DNA of 63,884 nt, filler included, from Octopus bimaculoides (lineage: Eukaryota): NCBI RefSeq assembly GCF_001194135.2. It is 5 parts of 5 records of this genome, joined end to end, with 100 filler letters (N's around TTAATTAATTAA, not from the genome) between each part and the next. Parts side by side here need not be neighbours in the genome. Positions count along the whole stretch, not along the records: positions 1 to 31,792 come from NC_068991.1; positions 31,893 to 51,625 come from NC_068985.1; 3 more parts are not named here. One strand, written 5' to 3'. Position 1 is the stretch's first letter. Each line of letters starts with the position of its first letter. Position numbers and translations under genes: made by a program. The notes beneath the pieces were generated by a model. The model ran no database searches. It saw only the letters and a list, made by a program, of their open reading frames with translations, and was not told where the DNA came from. Positions 25,645-38,720 of this stretch are shown one piece after another.

Positions 25645-26114
25645 GTAATATTAAGGTTACATATTCTATATTTTTGACACATATTTTTATTATTTAACTA
25701 AGTTTATATCGCATTATCTATTCTGATGTAGTTTTATTCTCTTTGAAACAATGTTCTCTGAGTTTTGAAAATGATGATAAGATTAATATCCACTTGGTTT
25801 ACATAGAGAAATAGAACTGTCTGCCTTCACACGCTGAACAAAAGGGAAGGTCATACAGTATTAATTGCTTGTTACTGATTTAAGAAGGCAATATATAAGT
25901 TCACAACTATGATATAATAAATTAATCTTCCTATCCACATGCTATTCAGATACTAACACCATCAATATTAACTAATTAAAATTAGGTCGACATAAACGAG
26001 ACAAGAAATTTAGAAGTGTAACCTCTTGTTACGATGTGAAATTACTCAAATCATACAATATAAGCAAGTCATGATTCTCTCTTTTACTTCTCTCTCAACT
26101 CTTTCGTATGTCTG

Positions 26115-26167
<53 letters not shown>

Positions 26168-26246
26168 TTATCTATTTATCTATCTATCTGTCTATCTATC
26201 TATCCTATTTATCTGTCTGTCTGTCTTTTTCTTTCTTCTGTTCATA

Positions 26247-27497
26247 CAGAGTGCGTAAGATATTTGAGGAGAGATTTATGCTTATTAAAAAACAAAACAG
26301 ATAACTTTATTCATCAAACAATGCTATGAGGATAAAAAATAATTCGCCTTTTCTATAATGTTATTCAATAAAGCCACCTTCAGCTTCAATAACTGCTTCT
26401 ATATGAGATCTAAATCATCTAAATGCTTGAATCAAGTGATCCTGGTACATTTTCGACAATACTCTGACTATGGCAGATTTCAAAGAATCTTTGGTGTTAT
26501 GGGCATGTTCATTGACCTCTCTTTCAACAACGCTCCACATGTAATAGTCTAATTGATTGAGATATGGGGAATTAGGAGACGAAATGTTAGGGGTTATGTG
26601 ATCATGAAAATTTTCGGCCATCCGTTCCTGTGTTACTGGCGCCATGTGAGATAGTGCAGTGTCTTACTAAAATACATATAACCTTCTATTAAATACACTG
26701 TCTATCCAGGGCTTAACAATTATTTCCAGGACCTCAATGTAGGCGGCAGAGTTAACTCTAAGGCCTTGTGGAAAGAAGTAAGAAAGCATCAGCTGTCTTT
26801 CATTGCTAACAACCACTAAAACCATGACAGTTGCAGGAAATTTTGTATGCATAACACTTGGAACTTCAGAAGGGTTTGCACATAACCAGCTGTCATTTCT
26901 TCTGTTAACTTTTTGATCTTGGTCGAAGCTTTTCTCGTTTGAGAAAAACCAAATCAAATCTTTTTCTGCTGGCTTTTTCAGTTTGTTAAAGAGCTCTTTA
27001 GATCTGATGTAGTGATTTTCTTTCGCTTTTTCGCACGAATTGACCTTTCCTCATCGTATAAGACTTATATTTGATGTCTTCGTGGATAACATTTCTGACT
27101 GTTCCTTCTGACACATGGAGATCCTTTGTAATTGACCTCATGGACTTCCTGGGATTGTAATCAGTGGTCTCTTGAACTTACTGTATAAATTCAGATGTTC
27201 TGATAATTTCAGAACGTTTAGAATGCTTTTTATGCTTCGATACTGGTGATGCGTTCCCATTGTCAGTCTCTAGCTCCTTACAAACATTGTAGACAAAGGA
27301 TCTGGCAACTTTTAAAAATCGAGATATTTCTAAATCGCTATGCTCAAAATCTATAACCACAATAATAGCAAGCCTCTTCATCTCTTGGGTAAGCTGAGTG
27401 TCTGTCATTATTATTTTCTGAAACAAAGATTATACGGACTTAGAAAAAATGCAGCGATGACCTAAAAAAGTATGTCCTCAAATACCTTACGCACCCT
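26247..27497 (-). mobile_element. Full-length defective maT/DD37D mariner-like transposon
   Basis: TIRs CAGAGTGCGTAAGATATTTGAGGA / TCCTCAAATACCTTACGCACCCT flanked by TA. Transposase fragments 27178-27426, 26667-26957 (WFFSNEK..NRRND) and 26415-26645 (SPYLNQLDYYMW). Confidence 0.9.
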
Positions 27498-28021
27498 TAG
27501 GAGACACAAGTTTCGGCCGTTTGCTGAATGCTTTAATCATTGTTGAATTCATACTATGTTGAATGTGCAAAATCCTGCTCGTTTTTATTATTTTAAATTA
27601 TTTTTTTATCAGACTGAGAAAAAGCAACAATAATAAAGCAAAGTGAAGAACAGATCGGCAATCGATTTTGAATATTTCAGTTGAGATTCCTGTGAAACTG
27701 GCTTAACGCCAACTCGTGTTGAATTCCGTAAGAAGTATCTGTTATTTCTCTATCGGTAATTTCAAAGTGTTCACCATTATTGGCTTACCAAATTTTATGA
27801 CTACTAATATTTTGATGAACCAGTCACGTGCTACGAAATTAAAGGTCCTATATTATATTCGTTATTTTCCTGTCGTTGTACATTTCGACATTCTTAATTC
27901 CAAGGTCAATAAATTGAACAATCAAGAAGAAGGATTTATATAATTAATATACACTTCTCCAAAATCCATGAACTCTGCCAGTTTATTTATTTTTTCATGT
28001 ATTATTACCATCATTATTATT

Positions 28022-31000
28022 ATATAAATGTTCAGTATTTGGTAGTTTCAGGCAAATTTCTAATGCATCAACTGCTGTACCTCCGTATTGCTGGGTGTGT
28101 GCAGCATTGTATGTTCTTTTCTGTTGTCGGCAGCGCGCAAACTTTTCCCGGTATTGTATTGAATTAGTTTTTTTTTACTCTTGAGGTATGGTGCAGTCTT
28201 TTGTTGCATTACTGCTTTATTGTGTGTTGAGTGTGCAATGCATTGGTTATTGGTTTGCTGGTGGAAGTTTATTTCACTGGCTGCATAATTGCTGTATAGT
28301 GTGTGTCTTGTGTTTGTGGGTTGTTTTGTTTAGGTTGTATTATTGGATTGATAGTGTCTTGCGTAGGATGAGGGCTGTTCCTAGCAGGGCAATTCTTTGG
28401 ATAGTGTGTAGTGTTGAGGATCCAGATTTAGCTTCTACGTTTTTGTTCATATGTTTTTTTAAAATCAAACCCAATAGTTCAGTTATTACTTGTATTGTTT
28501 TCACTTTCATGCCCCACATCTTGAATACTTCAATTTCGAGATGTGTGTACTTTGATAATTTCTCCACTTCTTTATGAACAATATTTTGGTCAGGAGGGAC
28601 TGCGATGTCTATCAGTAAACAGGTGTTTTTTTTTTATAATACTTGATTATTATGTCTAGGAGATTAGCTTTTATTTCTTTGTCGGTTTGAACAAGCATAT
28701 CCCAGATGATTGTGGCCTGGAAGTTGTATTTTACCTTGTTTGGCACATATTTATAGCATTTATTGTCAGGTTTTATGTCATAGCTTTGGCATACTGTCCA
28801 GTGACTATAACTCCTCACTCGGTCGTGTATGTATGTATATTCATCAGATTGGCAAGGAATGTACAACCAGAGATGATGTGGTCAATTGTCTCATTGTACT
28901 GGTTGCCCATTCTATATTTGGTGTTAGGACATGTTTTCATTAATTTGCTTTTATAGTTGTTCGCAGATAAGCACTGGTCTTGTGGAACGAGTGTCAGTCC
29001 TTCCATTTCAGTTTTTAGCCAAGAGCTTTTGAGCTACTATTAGCTTTTATTTAGGCTCACCTCTTCTCTATCAAGCTTTGCAGGATACTGAGCATGGAGT
29101 GATTTTTCTCTCCATTTCTTCTTTAGTCTGTTTTGTAGTGCTGTTTTCATGTTGTTTTTAGTCTTTTCTGCCATTTCTGATATGTTATCGTCTAATGTCA
29201 TTGTTTCAGTGTAATTTGTTTTGTATTTTGTCGCCTCCTTGTGTATAGAGAAAAGGTTTTTCCTTTGCTCGTGTTGCTTTATTACATGTAGTAGTCTTCC
29301 ACCTTTTGTTTCTAAGTACTTTTCTAGTCCAACTGTTATTTGGCCACGGCCTCCTTCTGAGCGGGGTACACATATTCTGTTTGCGTCTGCTTGGGGGTGG
29401 TGACTTCGGTATGCCGTTAGTTTTCTGATTTTTCTATCTAAGTTTCTCAATTCACTGATCTTCCAGTTTATTAAGTTGAAGCTGTTATATATGACTGGTA
29501 AGACGAGCGTATTCTCCCTATTATCTTAATTTTAGCATTGAGTTCAGTGTTTAATATTAGTCTAACTCTCCTGTAATACTCTCTCCTAATTTTCTCTTTC
29601 ATATCTGTGTGTTGTATATGAGCTGTTTCGTCAAATCCTATGGGCGATTGTGGTCTTATTCTCTGATTTCTGTTTCTATGTCGATTTTAGTGTTTTCAGT
29701 CCTGATTAATTTGCCTCTTCTCAATGTCACCTCGGCACATTTGCCCAGCCCTATGCTCACCCCGATTTCCTTGCTGAAAGTATGGATATTTTTTAGAAGG
29801 TTTCTTTGTTGCGTGTTATTTTTAGTGAAAATTTTTAAGTTTATGGTTTATTTTTTGTTCATAGCACCAATTAAAACTTATGACGCTTTCATATAACATG
29901 TTTATTAGCTGTGTCAGAGAAAGGCAGAAAAACAGGGATGAACAGTGTGTCTGCCTGGAAAGTAACCCTTCTTAAGGGTATAGGGCAGGTTTTAATGAGT
30001 TGCAATTCATTTTTGCAATGTTATACTGGTTTTTCAGTTTGTCATTGCATGTTTCATATATTTTAATTGTGTTGGAGCAACGTTATTGATGTGAAAAGAT
30101 TCCAGTATCCATGAGTGATGAAACATCGTCGAATGCTTTCTGGTAATCAATCAAAGTCATGTTCAGGTTTGTCTTTCTCCTCTTACAGTCCTTTAAAATG
30201 ACTCGGTTTACTAGAAGTTGCTCCTTACAACCATACATCCCTCTATGCACCCCTTATGTTCTTTTGGTAAAAACATTGTTGTTTTCCAGGTGTATTATAA
30301 ACCAGTTGTGGAGGCGCAATGGCCCAGTGGCTAGGGCAGCGGACTCGCAGTTTCGATTCCTAGACCGGGCGTTGTGAGTGTTTATTGAGTGAAAACACCT
30401 AAAGCTCCACAAGGCTCCGGCAGGGGGTGGTGGCGAACCCTGCTGTACTTTTCCACCACAACTTTCTCTCACTCTTACTTCCTGATTCTGTTGTGCCTGT
30501 AATTCAAAGGGTCAGCCTTGTCACACTGTGTCACGCTGAATATCCCCGAGAACTACGTTATGGGTACACGTGTGTCTGGAGTGCTCAGCCACTTGCACGT
30601 TAATTTCACGAGCAGGCTGTTCCGTTGATCAGATCGACTGGAACCCTCGACGTCGTAAGCGACGGGGTGCCAACAACAACTATAGACCAGTTATAGATGA
30701 CTGTTGTGAGGATTTTTTAGGATGCTGATAGGCAGGTTATTGGCCTATAATTTTGTGGTTGTACGGTGTACTTGTTTTTGTGAATTAGGGTTGTTTGACC
30801 TTCAGCATCCAATTTAGTGTTGATTCTGGCTTTCATATTCATAAATTTAATGCTGCCGTTATGTGAGTGTGGGTACTGGTAAGATATTTCAACCAGAAAT
30901 TGGGGACTTGTCTACCTCTGGAATTTTCCAGTTGATAGTACTCCTCAGTGTCTTGGATCTCTCGGCCTGTGATGGCGGGCCATACCTGTGGTACTATTTT

Positions 31001-31468
31001 GTTCTTCCTTTCTTTTCCCCTATTTATCCACTGAACATTTTTGTAATTTTTTGTTTGCCCCATATTCTTTTTATTTTTCATATCCGACCCCTCATTCACT
31101 AATTCACAAATTAGTAATGAGTCTTTCTTTTGCTTTTTAATATTATTTATTATATTCTGTTACGATTTTGGGATTTGAAATTTGCCTCGGTATTTTTTGT
31201 CGTCCCTGGATATCACTAAAGTTGTTGAATAGATCAATTCGTTTAGTTTGTTGATATCTTGTGTATCATTTGAAGTGGTCATTGTTCCTTGAAGGGCTTT
31301 GTTGTTGTTTCCATTCATCCTTTCATAGAACTGTTTATATTTTTGTAGCCTTGGGTGACGTTGATGCTGATTCATATTTATCGACTTTGTGATGTTTACT
31401 TCTTCTATTTTTGTTATTTCTTCAGTTGGTTCGTCCCCATCCTCTCTGTTACGGTGCATGTTATTTTG
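28022..31468 (-). mobile_element. 5'-truncated Dong/R4-like LINE, degenerate, (TAA)n at both ends
   Basis: RSEGGRG, TIDHIISGC..HDRV and KLSKYTHLEIEVFKMWG...LGTALILRK motifs. Its 3'UTR matches 61370-61510. Confidence 0.85.
30308..30680 (+). mobile_element. Complete family-A tRNA SINE with (CAA)n tail inserted in the LINE
   Basis: TSD TATAAACCAGTT (30296-30307) / TATAGACCAGTT (30681-30692). Confidence 0.92.
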
Positions 31469-31513
<45 letters not shown>

Positions 31514-31792
31514 GTTCAGTAGTTTTATTTTTATAACTTACTTTCACTTCACTACCGAGCGCAGCTCTGTGCGCCTTGGGTATGTGCTGTGGTTTGCTGT
31601 GGTGCTCTTATGTTTCCTGTATTGAAAGTGTTTTGCGTAGAATGTGTGCAGTACCCAGTAGTGCAATTTTCTGTATGTTATATATATTTGTAAGTCTTGG
31701 TGTTTTTGTTATGTATTTGTCTGAATATTTTTTTATTATACCTAAGGCACCTACTATGATAGGAATTGTTTCTGTTTTTAGACTCCACATTC
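31514..31792 (-). mobile_element. 3' end of a second Dong/R4-like subfamily
   Basis: MWSLKTETIPIIVGALG...IALLGTAHILRKTLS, a different 3'UTR, then (TAA)n at 31470-31513. Confidence 0.85.
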
Positions 31793-32167
31793 NNNNNNNN
31801 NNNNNNNNNNNNNNNNNNNNNNNNNNNNNNNNNNNNTTAATTAATTAANNNNNNNNNNNNNNNNNNNNNNNNNNNNNNNNNNNNNNNNNNNNTATATATA
31901 TATACACATACACATATACGTGTATGTATGTATGTATGTATGTATGTATGCATGTATAAACCTCCGTAGGGAAAGCAAATGCCAAAACGAAACTGCACCT
32001 GGGTCGTGGAGTTCTTGCAAGCGATGATACCATTGGCTTTCAGAGAGAACCACAATTAATCATTAGGAATCATTAGGAAATTAACGAGGACGAGTTTGAA
32101 TAACTAGAGAAAATTGGATGATATCCGTTTCTACTCTAGTCGCAACACCTGAAAATTTGAATTTGAG

Positions 32168-32340
32168 GAAGCCAGTCGATTACATCAATCCCAGTGCTAA
32201 ACTAGTACTTGTTTTTATCGACCCTCAAAGGATGAAAGGCAAAGTTGACCTCGGTGTGACTTGAACTGAGACCGTAATGTATCGGAAGAAATATGGCTAA
32301 GAATTTTGTCCGAATCACTAACGATTATATCAACTTGCCG
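32168..32340 (-). mobile_element. Family-B SINE
   Basis: ATCGACCC..AAGGATGAAAGGCAAAGTTGACCTCGG. Confidence 0.7.
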
Positions 32341-32467
32341 CTTTCAGAATACGAAATAATATCAGGAAAGTCTACGTAGAAATGGGAGAGGACAGTTTGA
32401 AATGACGAAATACCGGAAGGTAGTAAATCACTGACTCTAGAAATCACGAGAAGTTTTGTCTTTCTCT

Positions 32468-32797
32468 ATGTTTTACTTGTTTCAATCATAGGAAAGCGGC
32501 CATGCTAGGGTACGGCCTTGAAGAGTTTAGTCAAACAAATCGACCTCAGTGCTTATTTTTACGTCTAGTACTTATTTTATAGGTCTTTTTCGTCGAACCG
32601 TTAGGTTACAAGGACGTAAACAAACAAATACTGGTTGTCAGTCGTTGATAGGGACAAACACAAATATACGCACACATACATACATACATACATACATACA
32701 TACATGCATGCATGCATACATACATACATACATACATATATACATACATACATAAATACATACATACATACATGCATACACACACGCACGCACGCGT

Positions 32798-32850
<53 letters not shown>

Positions 32851-32990
32851 TGACGAGCTTCGCCACAGCTTCGTTTACCAAATTCTCCCACAAAGCATTG
32901 GTGACACTTACCCAAAGTGCCTCGCAGTGACACTGAACTGGAAACCACGTAGTTGCTAAACGAGCGTCTTAACTACACAGACGTGCCTGA
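32468..32990 (-). mobile_element. Composite family-C SINE with expanded internal microsatellite
   Basis: Same head/tail modules as 35470-35895, separated by about 190 bp of (TACA)n(CA)n. Confidence 0.7.
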
Positions 32991-33409
32991 ACTTGAAATA
33001 TTACGTTATGGAAACTAAAGCTAGCCGATTAGACATATAGCGGAAGTTCACGTGATACCAGAAAAAGCAAGCCACCAGAAAATATATCCATAGCAAGAGC
33101 TAGATGGATAAAAAAAAAAAGGCACGTCTAATCAATGGAATGATACGCGGAGAGTAGCTACAGCCTATCTAAAAAAAAAAAAACGTGGGTCAATATGTGC
33201 AATTAAATCTAAAATGTTGATACGCTGGGAGCTAAGTAAATTTAAGCCGGTATTTGATAATCCATGCCAAATAGTAAAAAGTAAGCAAAAGAAAATTGTT
33301 AAAAACGTAAAAGTGTAGTAAGAAAACTTACAAAGATCGTATAAAAAGGCTGAAGAGGAATCATAAATAAATTTTGAAGGAATCGTGGCAGACAGAAATG
33401 GAAATCTGT

Positions 33410-33700
33410 GAGTATAGAGTGATTCTGATGGACTCTTCCGTCGAGAATGACGTATGAGCGTTCAGCTTTTGCTGAACGGCCTGTACACATGATGTTAATA
33501 GTGATCAAATGTCCGTGCCGCACTTTAGCTCACTGGCTCCATCAAATCGACGTTGTCTGAACAGGTATCGAAGTGATCGCGGAGAAACGTGAGATGAAGT
33601 GGTTTGCTCGAGAACACAACGCACCAACCGTTCGTAGGAATTGAAACCATGATCTAGCGGTTGTAAGTGCAACACCTTAACCATAAAGCCATGCGCCCTC
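33410..33700 (-). mobile_element. tRNA-derived SINE
   Basis: Reverse complement GGCGCATGGCTTTATGGTTAAGG...GGTTTCAATTCC (A/B boxes). Confidence 0.6.
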
Positions 33701-34529
33701 ACTAGAGAGTGATTATATCAAGTCAGAAAATCATAAAAACAATCGTGAAAGAAGTGATTTTTATAAAGTCAGGAGCCCCGTGGACTAGTTACAAATGGAG
33801 CTGGTTCACATTCTGTAACGTCGATATGGCGTGTGTGTTTCTTTGTAGTCCGGCGCAAGTTATAGGAATATATAGAGAGATCAGTGGCAGGAAAAGTTTT
33901 CGTATAGGTGTAATACGACTGGTTCAGAAGATACCCATTATCGAAAAACTAACTAAAATTTTGTGTTAGGGAAAAAATAACATTAGTTAATTAATAATAT
34001 TATCTAATTATTTCGGCAACTGCGGGAGGCAACTTCAGATATGTTTCGCTCTTATTATAACCTCATTAGAGAAGCATAGGCTTCACCGTACTTGCCAAAT
34101 TAAAGATGAGAGAATCAGTAAATAAATATACAAGATTATACACTGGTTAGGTAGAGATACAATTATTTGGAGAATTCAATGAAATGTTAAGTTGATCACG
34201 GTGAGACGATTAATAAATTGATCAAGTTTTAAATTCCAAACATCATTGGTGAGATTAAACAACGATGTCTTCAACAAGACGCAATGGCCTTGCATTTTAA
34301 GAGACGAGTGAGCTGAAAGTGTCGCTCTCTCTCTCTCTCTCTCCCTCCCCCTCTCTATCTCTCTCTCTCCCTCTCTCTCTCTCTCCCCCTCTCTCTCTCT
34401 CCCTCTCTCTTTCTCTCCCTCTCTCTCCCTCATACACACATTGTACACCCACATGCATACATACACGCATACATACGTGCATGCACATAAAGACACACAC
34501 GCACGCACATACATACATACATACATACA

Positions 34530-35090
34530 TAGAGAAAAAGAGAACAACTACGCCGAGCTACTGAGAAATTTGCAGATACTACAAGTTCAGATTCATACCC
34601 GTGATTGTTGGGGCATTGGGATATGTAACGAACTGCCTCAACAAAAAACCTGGAAAAATTAGGGTTCTCAAAACCTAAAAAAAAGGCTGATTAGATAGAA
34701 GACTACAGATTCAAGCCATCAATGGAACTGTAAAGATATGTAAAACTTTCCAAAAATTTAGCACATAAATACATATGCATGCATCTAGACATGAAAATAT
34801 ATACATAAAAACACATCCATAAAACAAACATACAAATCTGCGCATAAATACATATGCATACGCCATGACATGAAAATATATACATAAAAACGCATCCATA
34901 AAACAAACGTACAAATCTGCGCATACACTAACACCAAATACTGCACACACACACACACACACATGCACAAATACATATATGATGTTGATAAAAGTTTCAA
35001 TGAAGGAGCCTTGAATCTATGTTAGAGTCCGGCCCTTTCTCTATGGACAAGAAATACAGAAATGAAACTGATTGATAACATACATACATA
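34530..35090 (+). mobile_element. Family X REL LINE, 3' end
   Basis: EKENNYAELLRNLQ..FIPVIVGALG homologous to 945-1045; 79-bp tandem duplication in the UTR (34764/34843); ends GATTGATAA(CATA)n. Confidence 0.8.
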
Positions 35091-35469
35091 TATATATATT
35101 TATATATATATACACACACACGCGTGTGTGTGTGTGTGTGTGTGTGTGCTGAGATGTAGGATTCGTCAGAAATTCGGTATCTCAACACGTAGGAAGCCAG
35201 GAAAGGCCGGGTATTGGACTTACTTTATTTTCTTCCTTACCTGTTTGTTTGTTTAAAATCACCTGAAGATGGCAGATTTTTGCCATGATATAATCTAGGA
35301 ATGTATCAATAAAATGCTAACAATAAAGAAGCAACTGTTGTAAATTTCGAAACCCACTCGTGTTCTGATATATTCTTCAGTTGTAAAGTTACTCAAGGAG
35401 AGAAAGTTTCTGGCATTGTATTTACCAGCGTTTCAAACTACACGCGCGCGCACATACACACGTGTGTAT

Positions 35470-35895
35470 ATACTCTTTTACTTTTTTACTTGTTTCAGTC
35501 ATTTGACTGCGGCCATGCTGGAGCACCGCCTTTAGTCGAGCAAATCGACCCCAGGACTTATTCTTTGTAAGCCAAATACTTATTCTTTGTAAGCCAAATA
35601 CTTATTCTATCGGTATCTTTTTCCGAACCGCTAAGTTACGGGGACGTAAACACACCAGCATCGGTTGTGAAGTGATGGTGGGGAGACAAACACAGACACG
35701 CAAACACACACATATATATATACACATATATACGACGGGCTTCTTTCAGCTTCCGTCTACCAAATCCACTCACAAGGCTTTGGTCGGCCCGAAGCTATAG
35801 TAGAAGACACTTGCCCAAGGTGTCACGCAGTGGGACTGAACCCGGAACCATGTGGTCGGTAAGCAAGCTACTTACCACACAGCCACTCCTGCGCC
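35470..35895 (-). mobile_element. Composite family-C SINE
   Basis: tRNA-like head at 35740-35894, CA/TA tract, tail module at 35470-35700. Confidence 0.8.
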
Positions 35896-37812
35896 TATAT
35901 GTATATTTCTATAGCTCAAATGCGAGAGGGAGAAAGAAAAAGACATTGGAAGAAAGAAGTAAAGAACGATAAAAAAGAAAGGAAAAGAACGCGAAAGAGA
36001 ATTAAATAAATATATAAATAAATACATACAAAAACCAAAAAATTGTAAGAAATGAACAAGAAACAAAGACAGAAAGGAAGGAAGTAAAGAACGCAACTGA
36101 AGATAAAAAAAAATGAGACAAAACAAAAAGATAAATTCTGAAAAAAAAAAAGGAAAAAGAAAAAAAGGTTAAACCACTTACAGTTTGATGTGAAGTGATA
36201 TTCCAACAATTGTAAATCTATTCTTTTAATACACAGTTGAATTACAACAGCACACTGGTGCACTGCTTACAATCGTTCTTGGATGTTTATGATTTTTCTC
36301 TATTTGTTTCAATGTTTATTATTTCTCTTTCAAATATTTGTTAATTTTCTTTTCGTTGATGTTTTATTTTTAGGAAATAATCTTCGTTTCACTTTTTTTT
36401 TTTTTTTTNNNNNNNNNNNNNNNNNNNNNNNNNNNNNNNNNNNNNNNNNNNNNNNNNNNNNNNNNNNNNNNNNNNNNNNNNNNNNNNNNNNNNNNNNNNN
36501 NNNNNNNNNNNNNNNNNNNNNNNNNNNNNNNNNNNNNNNNNNNNNNNNNNNNNNNNNNNNNNNNNNNNNNNNNNNNNNNNNNNNNNNNNNNNNNNNNNNN
36601 NNNNNNNNNNNNNNNNNNNNNNNNNNNNNNNNNNNNNNNNNNNNNNNNNNNNNNNNNNNNNNNNNNNNNNNNNNNNNNNNNNNNNNNNNNNNNNNNNNNN
36701 NNNNNNNNNNNNNNNNNNNNNNNNNNNNNNNNNNNNNNNNNNNNNNNNNNNNNNNNNNNNNNNNNNNNNNNNNNNNNNNNNNNNNNNNNNNNNNNNNNNN
36801 NNNNNNNNNNNNNNNNNNNNNNNNNNNNNNNNNNNNNNNNNNNNNNNNNNNNNNNNNNNNNNNNNNNNNNNNNNNNNNNNNNNNNNNNNNNNNNNNNNNN
36901 NNNNNNNNNNNNNNNNNNNNNNNNNNNNNNNNNNNNNNNNNNNNNNNNNNNNNNNNNNNNNNNNNNNNNNNNNNNNNNNNNNNNNNNNNNNNNNNNNNNN
37001 NNNNNNNNNNNNNNNNNNNNNNNNNNNNNNNNNNNNNNNNNNNNNNNNNNNNNNNNNNNNNNNNNNNNNNNNNNNNNNNNNNNNNNNNNNNNNNNNNNNN
37101 NNNNNNNNNNNNNNNNNNNNNNNNNNNNNNNNNNNNNNNNNNNNNNNNNNNNNNNNNNNNNNNNNNNNNNNNNNNNNNNNNNNNNNNNNNNNNNNNNNNN
37201 NNNNNNNNNTGTATATATATATATGTGTATATGTGCGTGTGTATGTATATGTGATTTGGTCACTTTTGTTCCTGTTTGGTACTTTACAAACTTTTTTCCA
37301 AGTCTATTTTCTTTCTTTCTTTCTTTCTTTCTTTTTTTCTTTTTTTCTATTTCCTTACTTTCCTCTTGGATCCCAATTCAGTTTTATCAGCCTTAGAAAA
37401 TATTTCTTCTTTACTACCGTCTCCAGAATATTTTCTCTTCACCCGACCGGCTAGGCTTCCTCAGATAGTAATTTCAGAATGATGCGTTGATGCTGGCCTA
37501 AGTACCTAGCGCAGCTGCTGAGTACGCTTCTGTTGCTGCTGTTGCTGCTGCTGCTGTTGATCTCTTTTTGCTGCTACTACAGATACTGCCATTGGTTTCG
37601 TTATTAGTACTTTCATTTTCGGCAATATTTTTATTATTACTTTTCTTGTTCTTGTTGTTGTTGTTGCTAATGTTGCTTGGTTACATAGTTGTTGTTGATG
37701 TTTATGTTCTTTCTATCACTTGTGTTATTGATGTTATAGTTAAGGTGGGGCTATTGCTGCTGCTGCTGCTTCTATCGGCTCTGACCAACTAACGCTCCTT
37801 CAATTAATTACT

Positions 37813-37866
<54 letters not shown>

Positions 37867-38003
37867 ATGTATGTATGTATGTGTGTGTGTATGTATGTAT
37901 GCATGTATGTATGTATGTATGTGTGTATGTGTGTATGTATGTGTGTGTATGTATGTATGTATGTGTGTATGTGTATGTGTGTGTGAGTGTATGTATGTAT
38001 GTA

Positions 38004-38036
<33 letters not shown>

Positions 38037-38379
38037 GTATGTGTGTGTGAGTGTTTGTATGTATGTGTGTGTGTGTGTATGTATGTGTGTATGTGTGTGT
38101 GAGTGTATGTATGTATGTGTGTATGCATGTATGNNNNNNNNNNNNNNNNNNNNNNNNNNNNNNNNNNNNNNNNNNNNNNNNNNNNNNNNNNNNNNNNNNN
38201 NNNNNNNNNNNNNNNNNNNNNNNNNNNNNNNNNNNNNNNNNNNNNNNNNNNNNNNNNNNNNNNNNNNNNNNNNNNNNNNNNNNNNNNNNNNNNNNNNNNN
38301 NNNNNNNNNNNNNNNNNNNNNNNNNNNNNNNNNNNNNNNNNNNNNNNNNNNNNNNNNNNNNNNNNNNNNNNNNNATACA

Positions 38380-38508
38380 TAGGCGCAGGGTGGCTGTGTT
38401 GTAAAAAGCTTGCTTCCCAACCACATGGTTTCGGGTTCAATCCCACTACATAGCACCTTAGGCAACTGTCTTTTGTAACCTCGGGATGGAAACTAAAAGA
38501 AGCCCGTC

Positions 38509-38548
<40 letters not shown>

Positions 38549-38720
38549 CTTTCTATTTGTGTCTGTCCTCCACCATTGCGGTTCGTCAAAAAGAGCCTGA
38601 TAGAATAAATACCAGGCTTAAAAACAATAGGTATAGGGGTCGATTCATTCGACTAAAATTCTTGAAGGCGGTGCTCCAGCATGGCCACAGTTTAGTAACT
38701 GAAACAACTAAAGGAAAAAA
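38380..38720 (+). mobile_element. Composite family-C SINE
   Basis: GGCGCAGGGTGGCTGTG...GGTTCAATCCC head, (TA)(TG)n, then GGGGTCGAT...GGCGGTGCTCCAGCATGGCC tail. Confidence 0.8.

Noticed and set aside
31837-31848. TTAATTAATTAA islands inside N runs (also 51670-51681, 60128-60139, 62430-62441)
   Set aside because: Identical palindromic six-frame-stop 12-mer centred in 100-bp gaps: a scaffolding spacer, not biology. It does flag joins where contiguity is uncertain.
35263-35290. CTGAAGA-TGGCA/TGCCA hairpin
   Set aside because: No GAAA core after stem II; at most a decayed motif.
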